From: Candidatus Oxydemutator sp. | GTDB taxonomy: Bacteria; Pseudomonadota; Gammaproteobacteria; Poriferisulfidales; Oxydemutatoraceae | Reading direction: 5' to 3' | Assembly: GCA_965203445.1 (NCBI GenBank) | Contig: OZ241883.1 | Coordinates: 1,184,001 to 1,248,000, forward strand | Length of the DNA stretch: 64,000 nt | Part shown: positions 25,074 through 33,351 of the stretch, piece after piece | Layout of the letters: the number at the start of each line of letters is the position of its first letter | How positions within the stretch are numbered: position 1 is the first letter of the stretch | Position numbers and translations under genes: made by a program | Notes under the pieces: model-generated | What the model saw: only the letters and a program-made list of their open reading frames with translations | What the model was told of the DNA's origin: nothing | Databases searched by the model: none

Positions 25074-26579
25074 ATGAACGAACCGGCCAAACTGTTCATC
25101 ACCTATTCGCATCGGGACAAAGACGCGAAGGACAAACTGATCGAGCGTCTTGCGGTGATGGCCCACAATGGGGAGATAGAAACTTGGCACGACAACGAAA
25201 TTCTCCCAGGCGACCAATGGAAGGAAAAAATCTCCGACCGTCTCGCCGGTTCGGATATTCTGCTTTATCTTACTTCCGCGGCCAGCCTTGCCTCCGAAAA
25301 CTGCAACAAGGAACTGACCGAAGCACTGCAAAGCAGGGGAAGGATACGTACGATTCCCGTCATCCTTGAAGCTTGCGACTGGCAGGAACATAAGCTCAGT
25401 CAGTTTGAGGTGCTCCCCCACAAAGGCAACCCCGTCAACGAGTGGAAGCCTGAGAGCAAAGGTTGGCAAAATGTAGTCGAAGGCATACGCAAAGTTATCC
25501 AGGAAATCCAGGCTATCCAGGCAACCCGCCGGCCCATGCAAGAAAAGCAAAGTGAAATACTGGCTTATTTGATGCTGCAAAATGGCAATTTTTTTGTGAT
25601 GTTGGGGCAACCAGCAAACGCAATAGCCGCTTACTCACAAGCCATCAAGATCAAACCGGATTTTGCCGCAGCCTATAATAATCGCGGCGCCGCATACGAT
25701 AAGAAAGGTAAATTTGATGAAGCTATCGAGGACTTCAACCAAGCCATTGAACTGAACCCCAATCATGCTGAGGTCTACTACAATCGCGGCATTGCTCATG
25801 GCAAAAAAGGCAACTATGACCAAGCCATCCGAGACTGCAACAAAGCCATTGCGCTCCGGCCAAGTGATGCCGATACCTATAACAATCGCGGCATTGTCTA
25901 TGAAAAGCAAGGCAACCCTAACGCAGCCATCCAGGATTACAGTAAAGCCACTGAACTAAATCCCGATTATGCCGAGGCCTATTACAATCGCGGCATTGCT
26001 CATGGTAAAAAAGGCGACTATGACCAAGCCATCCAAGACTTCGACAAAGCCATTGAACTAAACCTGAATTATGCCGGGACCTATAACAATCGCGGCGTTG
26101 TCTACGAGAAGCAAGGCAACCATGACCAAGCCATCCGAGACTACAATAAAGCCATTGCGCTAAACCCCAATTTTGCCGAGGTCTATTGCAATCGCGGCGT
26201 TATCTATAAGAAACAAGGCAACTCTAATCAAGCCATCCAGGATTTCAGTAAAGCCATTGAACTAAATCCCAATTTTACCGGGGCCTATTACAATCGCGGC
26301 CTTGCTCATGGCAAAAAAGGCGACTATGACCAAGCGCTCCGAGACTTCAACCAAGCCATTGAACTACACCCTAATTATGCCAAAGCCTATTTCTACCGAG
26401 GCATGGTCTGGTTGCTCAAGCAAGCATGGGATAAAGCCATGTCAGATTTGAATACCGCCAGGGGAAAGGGCCTGAATATTGCCGAGCTGTTTTCCAGCGC
26501 CTTTGGCAGCGTTCCTGCCTTTGAACAGAAATACCGTATCCAACTACCGCAGGACATCAAAGATATGCTGACCGCATGA
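25074..26579 (+). CDS. TIR domain-TPR repeat protein (about 9 TPRs)
   Basis: Close paralogue of 21928..23295, with SENCNKE. Confidence 0.92.
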   Translation: MNEPAKLFITYSHRDKDAKDKLIERLAVMAHNGEIETWHDNEILPGDQWKEKISDRLAGSDILLYLTSAASLASENCNKELTEALQSRGRIRTIPVILEACDWQEHKLSQFEVLPHKGNPVNEWKPESKGWQNVVEGIRKVIQEIQAIQATRRPMQEKQSEILAYLMLQNGNFFVMLGQPANAIAAYSQAIKIKPDFAAAYNNRGAAYDKKGKFDEAIEDFNQAIELNPNHAEVYYNRGIAHGKKGNYDQAIRDCNKAIALRPSDADTYNNRGIVYEKQGNPNAAIQDYSKATELNPDYAEAYYNRGIAHGKKGDYDQAIQDFDKAIELNLNYAGTYNNRGVVYEKQGNHDQAIRDYNKAIALNPNFAEVYCNRGVIYKKQGNSNQAIQDFSKAIELNPNFTGAYYNRGLAHGKKGDYDQALRDFNQAIELHPNYAKAYFYRGMVWLLKQAWDKAMSDLNTARGKGLNIAELFSSAFGSVPAFEQKYRIQLPQDIKDMLTA

Positions 26580-26602
26580 GGATTCCCATTTCATTGCCCC
26601 CT

Positions 26603-26828
26603 CCCTCACCCGGCCTGTGGCCACCCTCTCCCAGAGGGAGAGGGTTTGGTGAAGAAGAATATCCCCTGCATAGGCCATCTTCATCTGCCTGATGGACGTT
26701 ATAATAGTGCTATGCCCACCAAAGCTGGCTGCCGACACCAGCCTCCGAAAAACCAAAATCAACCACCTCATCTATCAACCCTGCAACCTGACCCCGAAAG
26801 AAATCGCCACCGTGGAGAAACAAAGTGA
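26603..26828 (+). repeat. REP-like palindrome plus IIG-tail leader type A copy 3
   Basis: Palindrome at 26603-26644, then gccgacaccagc...aaccaaaatcaaccacctc...gaccccgaaagaaatcgcc. Confidence 0.82.
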
Positions 26829-27625
26829 GCACACAACCAATTGAAGCAGTTGCTGAATACCTTAAGCAAGTCTCAACAATAAAACAGCAGTGGCAGTCTC
26901 CTGTATTAGTCTTTCGCGGCCAGGAAAATGAAGAGTGGAGCTTGGAATCTTCGGCGGAACGCCGCCTGAAGAAGTCCGAGAGCAGAAAAAGAATAAACAA
27001 ACAGTTATTCATTAAGTATCACAAAGACCTGTTAAAGGAATGCAAGCTGAAGAACTATGACAGGCGGGAAGGCAAATCATTGCATGAACTGGAACTCCTG
27101 GCCGATCTCCGACACCATGGCGCCGCTACTTGCCTCATGGATTTCACGCGTAGTGCTCTCGTTGCTCTATGGTTTGCCTGCGAAAAATCAGAGGCGAATG
27201 GAAAAGTGTTTGTTGTCAACACCGCCAATAAAAAAACCTTTTCGGGAATAGAACCCGACGATATAGACAGCCAATCAATAGAAGACATTCTCAGATTTCA
27301 AACTCGTAAAAAGAAGCGAGTCAAACTACAGGAAGAAAGAACATCCAAAACAGTACAAAGCAGACGTTTTTGGCACTGGGCACCAGCACGCCTGAACGAA
27401 CGCATAACGGCGCAACATTCGCTGTTCCTCTTCGGCCCCCCTACCTCTGGAGAACCGGAGGCAGGAACGATACTTATAGAATCAGGGGAAAAAGCGCAAA
27501 TAAGGCGGGAACTGGAAGAAATACACGGGATCAATGAAGAGTCTCTCTTCCCGGATTTTGCAGGTTTTGCCTACACCCAGCGATACCGTGTCTGGGGTCA
27601 ATACTTGGACAAAAGCTTGGCATAG
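26825..27625 (+). CDS. FRG domain protein without TPRs (possibly 3'-truncated)
   Basis: Motifs VFRGQ, RHHGAATCLMDFT, ALWFAC, RITAQHSLF and GINEESLFPD. Confidence 0.85.
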   Translation: MSTQPIEAVAEYLKQVSTIKQQWQSPVLVFRGQENEEWSLESSAERRLKKSESRKRINKQLFIKYHKDLLKECKLKNYDRREGKSLHELELLADLRHHGAATCLMDFTRSALVALWFACEKSEANGKVFVVNTANKKTFSGIEPDDIDSQSIEDILRFQTRKKKRVKLQEERTSKTVQSRRFWHWAPARLNERITAQHSLFLFGPPTSGEPEAGTILIESGEKAQIRRELEEIHGINEESLFPDFAGFAYTQRYRVWGQYLDKSLA

Positions 27626-27639
27626 AGTGATATTCTCCA

Positions 27640-27757
27640 CAAGAGATGGCCACAATCAGAGTAGACAGGCTGCTATAATCAAACATAAGGTTGACTACCC
27701 AATCCAACCAATATTACTATCTCGGCCAAGCCGAAACCGCCGCTTAATGGAGGAACA
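27640..27757 (+). repeat. Leader type B containing an extended -10 (TGCTATAAT)
   Basis: Homologous to 24960-25073 and 33238-33351. Confidence 0.75.
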
Positions 27758-29017
27758 ATGAACGAACCGGCCAAACTGTTCATCACCTATTCGCATCGGG
27801 ACAAAGACGCGAAGGACAAACTGAGCGAGCACCTTGCGGTGATGGCCCGAAATGGGGAGATAGAAACTTGGCACGACAACGAAATTCTCCCGGGCGACCA
27901 ATGGAAGGAAAAAATATCCGACCGTCTCGCCGGTTCGGATATTCTGCTTTATCTTACTTCCGCGGCCAGCCTCGCCTCCGAAAACTGTAACAAGGAACTG
28001 GTCGAAGCGCTGCAAAGTGGGGAAAGAATACAGCCAATTCCCATCATCCTTGAAGCTTGCGACTGGAAGCAACATAAGCTCAGTCAGTTTGAGGTGCTCC
28101 CCCACAAAGGCAAACCCGTCAACAAGTGGGAGCCTGAGGGCAAAGGCTGGCAAAGCGTAGTTGAAGGCATACGCAAAGTTGCCCAGGAAACCCGCCGGCC
28201 TATACAAGAAGAGCATAGTGAACCACTGGCTGACGCGCTGCTGGAAAATGGTAATTTTTTTATGATGCTGGGGCAGCTGGCAAGCGCGATAGACGCTTAT
28301 TCACAAGCCATTAAGATCAAGCCGGATTTTGTCGAAGCCTATCGCAACCGCGGCGCTGCCCACGGTATGAAAGACGAACATGACCAAGCCATCGAGGACT
28401 TCACCCGCGCTATCGAACTACAGCCAGATTTTGCCAAAGCCTATTGCAACCGCGGCATCGTCTACAGCAGGACAGGCGAACAGGGCCAGGCCGTCCGAGA
28501 CCTCACCCGCGCGATTGAACTACGGCCGGATTTTGCCAGAGCCTATAACAGCCGCGGTGTTGCTTACGGCAGGAAAGGTAAATTTGATGAAGCTATCAGA
28601 AACTTCGACCAGGCCATTGCGCTCCAGCCAGATTATGCCGAGGCCTATTACAATCGCAGCATTACCTACGAGAGGCGAGGCAACCTTGACCAGGCCATCG
28701 AGGATTATAATAAAGCCGCTGATACCTATATCAAGCGCGGCAACGCTCATGGCAGGAAAGGCGACTATGGCCGAGCCATTCGGGACTACAACCATTCCAT
28801 TGCGCTCAATTCAGATGATGCTGCCGCCTATTGCAATCGAGGTATGTTCTGGTTGCTCAAGCAAACATGGGATAAAGCCAAGTTGGATTTGAGGACCGCC
28901 AGGGACAAGGGCGCGGACATTGCCGAACTGTTTTCCAATGACTATGGCAGCGTTTCAGCCTTTGAAGAAAAATACCATCAACTGCCGGAGAACATCAAAA
29001 ATATGCTGACCGCATGA
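27758..29017 (+). CDS. TIR domain-TPR repeat protein (about 7 TPRs, one shortened)
   Basis: Paralogue with SENCNKE. YNKA-ADTY lacks the 7-aa inter-repeat segment. Confidence 0.92.
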   Translation: MNEPAKLFITYSHRDKDAKDKLSEHLAVMARNGEIETWHDNEILPGDQWKEKISDRLAGSDILLYLTSAASLASENCNKELVEALQSGERIQPIPIILEACDWKQHKLSQFEVLPHKGKPVNKWEPEGKGWQSVVEGIRKVAQETRRPIQEEHSEPLADALLENGNFFMMLGQLASAIDAYSQAIKIKPDFVEAYRNRGAAHGMKDEHDQAIEDFTRAIELQPDFAKAYCNRGIVYSRTGEQGQAVRDLTRAIELRPDFARAYNSRGVAYGRKGKFDEAIRNFDQAIALQPDYAEAYYNRSITYERRGNLDQAIEDYNKAADTYIKRGNAHGRKGDYGRAIRDYNHSIALNSDDAAAYCNRGMFWLLKQTWDKAKLDLRTARDKGADIAELFSNDYGSVSAFEEKYHQLPENIKNMLTA

Positions 29018-29036
29018 GGACTTCCATTTTATTATT

Positions 29037-29204
29037 CCCTCACCCGGCCTTCGGCCACCCTCTTCCGTTCTTTATTCCCTCTCCCCCTCTGGGGGAGAAC
29101 CTTCATCTTCCCCCTCTCCCTCTGGGAGAGGGCCGGGGTGAGGGCCCTTGCATAACTCCTCACCCTCACCCGGCCTGTGGCCACCCTCTCCCAGAGGGAG
29201 AGGG
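29037..29204. repeat. Composite REP-like element: inverted pair of palindromes around a ttgcataact core
   Basis: ccctctccctctgggagagggccggggtgaggg...ccctcacccggcctgtggccaccctctcccagagggagaggg. Confidence 0.85.
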
Positions 29205-29234
29205 TTTGGTTGACAGGAATATCCCCTGCAAAAG

Positions 29235-30023
29235 ATGAACCGGCTTTCTGAACAAGTGGACAGTTATTACAGTTGGCTGCGGGCGAAGACGCATCTGCCC
29301 GCGGCAGGCGACAACGGCTGGCATTTGATTTCCACTCCTTTCCTGGGGTTGTTTAACGACACCATAGAGATATACGCCAGAAAGCGGGGCGACAACATCG
29401 TTCTCTCGGATGACGGCAAAACCTTGCACGACCTGGAACTGACGGGGATTTCCTTTTCCCGCTCATCCGCCCGCAAAGAGGCGCTGGAGCAGGTGTTGCT
29501 CAACTACGGCATTACGGAAAACCAGGGCGAATTGACGGTGCACGCGCAAGAGACCAATTTTCCGCAAAAGAAACACGACCTGATTCAGGCGATGCTGGAG
29601 ATCGGAGAGCTCCAGGTGCCGGCAAAGCATACCGTCGCCAAAGTTTTCAAGGACGACGTGCGCGCTTATCTGGATGAGCAGGAAATTGTCTATACGCCCC
29701 AGTTTATTTCCAAGGGTGCCGTCGGCATTGAGTTCACGTTTGATTTTCAAGTGGCCTACCGGGAAAGGGAAATTGTGTTGAAGTGCTTCAACGGCATCAA
29801 CAAAACCTCGTTGTCCAGTTTTTTGTTCATGTGGAAGGACATCAGTCCATTCAGGCGGGAGCTGACCGACAAGGACATATCGGGGCTTGCCTTCGTCAAT
29901 AACGAAGACAAGAACATCAAACGCGAATTTTTGGACGCCCTGAAGTCCGGCGGCGCGGATTACATCCTGTGGCAGGACCGACACGCGCCCGCAAACCTTG
30001 CAAAACTGAAAGAAGCCGCATAA
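29235..30023 (+). CDS. DUF1828/DUF1829 domain protein
   Basis: YYSWLR...ISTPFL..FNDTIEIY...LSDDG.TL.DL, and G..GIEFTFDF. Confidence 0.8.
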   Translation: MNRLSEQVDSYYSWLRAKTHLPAAGDNGWHLISTPFLGLFNDTIEIYARKRGDNIVLSDDGKTLHDLELTGISFSRSSARKEALEQVLLNYGITENQGELTVHAQETNFPQKKHDLIQAMLEIGELQVPAKHTVAKVFKDDVRAYLDEQEIVYTPQFISKGAVGIEFTFDFQVAYREREIVLKCFNGINKTSLSSFLFMWKDISPFRRELTDKDISGLAFVNNEDKNIKREFLDALKSGGADYILWQDRHAPANLAKLKEAA

Positions 30024-30109
30024 AAGACAGGCTTGAGGAAGCTGTTTCATTACCCCCCTCTCCCTCCGGAAGAGGGCTTCTTCATTCTCCCTCTCCCCAT
30101 CAAAAACAT

Positions 30110-30187
30110 AATCTATAATCGAACAAAAGCCGACCACCCAATCCAACCAGAGCACAATCTCAGCCGAACCGAAATCACCGTTAATGG
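30110..30187 (+). repeat. Leader type B copy, preceded by a degenerate palindrome at about 30054-30098
   Basis: ctataatcgaacaaaa...agcacaatctcagccgaaccgaaatc matches 24993-25058. Confidence 0.75.
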
Positions 30188-30225
30188 TAATCTACAATAA
30201 ACGGGCATTTTGAGGCCGACGAACC

Positions 30226-31029
30226 ATGTCGCACCGAGATCGCCCCTTCGACGTCCAACCTATTCCTGCCGCCGGTCTGTCGGACCTCAATCTGGTTGGG
30301 TTTGAAAACGAGTATCTGCCCCGGGCGTTTTCCGATGAGGTGCTGGCCGCCAATGATCGCAGTCTGCATCAGCAACTCGCCGCCACAAAAATGATCGCAG
30401 CCGGCGCGCAGCCGGACGCCGATCAGGTCGCCGCGACTGTGCTCGGCCTTCTCACCATCGGCAAGAACCCGCAGGATTTTCTGCCCGGCGCCTACGTGCA
30501 ATTTCTCAGGATCAACGGCACCGAACGCAGCGACGACATCAGCGACGACGAGACCATGCGCGGCGCGATTCCCGACCTGCTCCGGCGCGTAGACGACAAG
30601 TTGACGGCGCACAACCGCGTCGCGGTCGCCATCGCCACCGGCACGGTCGAACGACGCACCGCGCTATATCCCGTCGAGGCGCTGCAACAAATCATCTGGA
30701 ACGCCGTCATGCACCGGACATATGAGGCGACCAACGCGCCGATCCATATTTACTGGTTCGACGACCGCATCGAGATCACCAGTCCCGGCGGCGCGTTTGG
30801 CATGGTCGCCGCCGACAACTTCGGGCAACCCGGCATCGTTGATTACCGCAACCCCAATCTGGCGGACGCGATGAAAACGCTCGGCTATGTCCAGCGCTTT
30901 GGCGTGGGAATATCCATCGCCAAACGGCAGTTGGCGGACGCGGGACATCCGCCGCCCGAGTTCGATATTTCCGCCAATCACGTGCAGGTCACAATCCGGC
31001 GCGTCGCACCCGCAGGGATGAAAAAATGA
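30226..31029 (+). CDS. RecG-C/HATPase_c_4-type ATP-binding protein, apparently lacking its N-terminal AlbA_2 domain
   Basis: YP.EALQQII.NAVMHRTY, FDDRIEITSPGG, YRNPNLA and GYVQRFGVGI. Confidence 0.72.
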   Translation: MSHRDRPFDVQPIPAAGLSDLNLVGFENEYLPRAFSDEVLAANDRSLHQQLAATKMIAAGAQPDADQVAATVLGLLTIGKNPQDFLPGAYVQFLRINGTERSDDISDDETMRGAIPDLLRRVDDKLTAHNRVAVAIATGTVERRTALYPVEALQQIIWNAVMHRTYEATNAPIHIYWFDDRIEITSPGGAFGMVAADNFGQPGIVDYRNPNLADAMKTLGYVQRFGVGISIAKRQLADAGHPPPEFDISANHVQVTIRRVAPAGMKK

Positions 31030-32042
31030 CGGTTCCCGTACTGACTTTCTTCAACCACAAGAGCGGGGTCGGCAAAACTTCGCTGGTTTATCACTTGTCG
31101 TGGATGCTGTCCGACCTCGGCTATCGAGTGCTCGCCTGCGACTTGGATCCGCAGGCCAACTTGAGCGCCGCGTTTCTGGACGAAGATCGGCTGGAGGAGA
31201 TTGGGCGCAAAGACACGGCTGTGGCAGCGGGGAAGACCATCATGCAATGCGTCCAACCGCTGACGGAAGCGGGCGATATTCGGCCCCCGCAACTTGTCCA
31301 AATCACGCCCGAGTTGCACCTGATCCCGGGAGATTTGGCCGTGGCCGGTTTTGAAGAAACCCTGTCGGCGGAATGGCCCAACGCATCGGGTTCCGGCAAT
31401 CTGTATCGTCCGTTTCGCATCCTGACCGCGTTCTCGACCGTTATGCGGGAGGGCGCGGAGCAGATGGACGCCTCGGTTGTCATAGCCGACGTCGGCCCCA
31501 ATCTCGGCGCCGTCAACCGCTCGGCGCTGATAGCGACCGACCACGTCGTCGTGCCGTTGGGCGCGGACCTGTTTTCCCTGCAAGGCTTGCGCAATCTCGG
31601 CCCGACCCTGCATCGGTGGCGAGAGGATTGGAGAAAGCGAAAAGAACGCTGGCCGCAACCCGATTTTCCCTTGCCCGCCGGAGGCATGAAACCCATCGGC
31701 TATACCGTGCAACAACACGGCATACGCCTAAGCCACCCGATAATGGCGTATGACAAGTGGGTGAATCAAATGCCGGAGGAGTACGCCCGCAACCTGCTCG
31801 GAGACGACCAAGGCCCGTATCCCCCGACGCCGACCGAAGACAAAGAACACGCCCTTGCCACCGTCAAGCACTACCGCAGCCTGGTGCCGATGGCACAGGA
31901 AGCGCGCAAGCCCATCTTTCATCTCACCCCGGCCGACGGCGCCATCGGCAGCCACGCCGCCGCCCGCAACGACGCCCGCCGGGACTTCAAGCTTCTGGCC
32001 GGGAAAATAGCGGCGCGCCTCAATCTCCCCCACCCCGCCTGA
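31026..32042 (+). CDS. ParA/AAA_31 family ATPase (defence-island type)
   Basis: Motifs FNHKSGVGKT, DLDPQANL and DVGPNLG. ATGA overlap with the previous gene. Confidence 0.88.
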   Translation: MTVPVLTFFNHKSGVGKTSLVYHLSWMLSDLGYRVLACDLDPQANLSAAFLDEDRLEEIGRKDTAVAAGKTIMQCVQPLTEAGDIRPPQLVQITPELHLIPGDLAVAGFEETLSAEWPNASGSGNLYRPFRILTAFSTVMREGAEQMDASVVIADVGPNLGAVNRSALIATDHVVVPLGADLFSLQGLRNLGPTLHRWREDWRKRKERWPQPDFPLPAGGMKPIGYTVQQHGIRLSHPIMAYDKWVNQMPEEYARNLLGDDQGPYPPTPTEDKEHALATVKHYRSLVPMAQEARKPIFHLTPADGAIGSHAAARNDARRDFKLLAGKIAARLNLPHPA

Positions 32043-32079
32043 AGCCACCGCCGCAAAGAAATGAACAATGCTGTTTTCT

Positions 32080-32315
32080 CCCTCTCCCTCTCTGGGAGAG
32101 CGCCTTCCCATTCTCCCTCTCCCTCTGGGAGAGCGCCTTCCCATTCCCCCTCTCCCTCTGGGAGAGCGCCTTCCCATTCCCCCTCTCCCCCTGGGAGAGC
32201 GCCTTCCCATTCCCCCTCTCCCTCTGGGAGAGGGCTGGGGTGAGGGCCGTTCAGGGCCATTGCATAACTTGGCACCCTCACCCGGCCTGCGGCCACCCTC
32301 TCCCAGAGGGAGAGG
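32080..32315. repeat. 33-bp tandem amplification of the palindrome (four units) followed by a complete inverted pair
   Basis: gggagagcgccttcccatt at 32094, 32127, 32160 and 32193, then ggggtgaggg...ttgcataact...ccctcaccc. Confidence 0.92.
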
Positions 32316-32885
32316 GGTTGGTAGATAGGACTATCTCCTAAGAATCATCTATCACCGGCGCTTTGCGGGCTGCGACACATAATTCCCCGATCAAAATGGA
32401 ACTCTGCACCAGTGGCGGCCCTTCCCTCGAAAGCCGCATTCTCTGGTAGATACCCTGTTTCTCCTCGCCGGCGCCGGCGATGGGTACGGCTGTGCCTATG
32501 GCCGCAGCAATGCAGCAGCCACGAAACATGCGATGGCGATGAGCAGGGCGGTCAAGTTCTCTGTAGGCGCACGGTTTGAAAGCCGCCATCTTTGCGCTGC
32601 AATCGTTGGATAAGCCTGTCAGCCAGTGTGTCTGTATCGGTGTTTGGCATCTTTTCTATGGGAAAAGGGGGGAACTGATATACCGCGATTCGTAGCGAGT
32701 TCGATATTTTTCGTGCGAGAGCGTGGCTGGCACCTGAAAGGATGGAAGGTAAGACATGCCCCCCCTGACTACTCCGTTGCCGGAGAGGGCCCCTTGGGCC
32801 CTTGTCATCAGGGGAGGACTTGAGCTGCCTTATTATATCTACCATACAGAATTTCCTACAAGACGACAGCGCACAAGTCCATCTT

Positions 32886-33131
32886 TCATCTCGCCACGGC
32901 GCCGGTTGCCGCTCCGATCATTTGATCTTTTTGCGATGCGACGTCGGCACCTTTCGACGTGCCGAGATCAAAAACGATGGAGGTGTCGCAGCTTCGTGAA
33001 AGTGTCCCGGCCAAATCCTGGTCTACGAGCCGGCGCATGTACTCGGCAATGGAAATACCAAGGGCGGCCGCACGCACACGGACTTTCGTATGCGACTCCG
33101 AATGGAGGGATATTTGGGTGCGAAACACCAT
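32886..33131 (-). CDS. Second copy of the RHH antitoxin, with no toxin gene
   Basis: Near-identical to 14653..14916 (AAALGISIAEYMRRLVDQDLAGT). Confidence 0.72.
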   Translation of the reverse strand: MVFRTQISLHSESHTKVRVRAAALGISIAEYMRRLVDQDLAGTLSRSCDTSIVFDLGTSKGADVASQKDQMIGAATGAVAR

Positions 33132-33191
33132 TATGGCGCCACTATACCACCACAGCATTGATGGCACCAACAAAGAATATAAGCCATTTTC

Positions 33192-33351
33192 TCCCTCACC
33201 CGGCCTGTGGCCACCCTCTCCCAGAGAGAGGGGGTTTGAAGGGCGGCTATAATCAGGGGGGACAGGCTACTATAATCAAACAGAATTGACCGCCCGATCC
33301 AACCAGCACTACTATCTCAACCGAGCCGAAATCGCCACTTGTGGAGAAAAA
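33192..33351 (+). repeat. REP-like palindrome plus leader type B
   Basis: ccctcacccggcctgtggccaccctctcccagagagaggggg, then aatcagggggacaggctactataatcaaac. Confidence 0.8.

Noticed and set aside
32080-32232. Possible CRISPR array
   Set aside because: The linkers are identical and only about 12 nt, there are no unique spacers, and there are no cas genes.
32338-32820. Short ORFs between the tandem repeat and the second antitoxin
   Set aside because: No recognisable motifs. Probably decayed sequence; it cannot be called.
21788-33351. Classical integron cassette array
   Set aside because: No tyrosine integrase and no RYYYAAC...GTTRRRY attC structure was seen.
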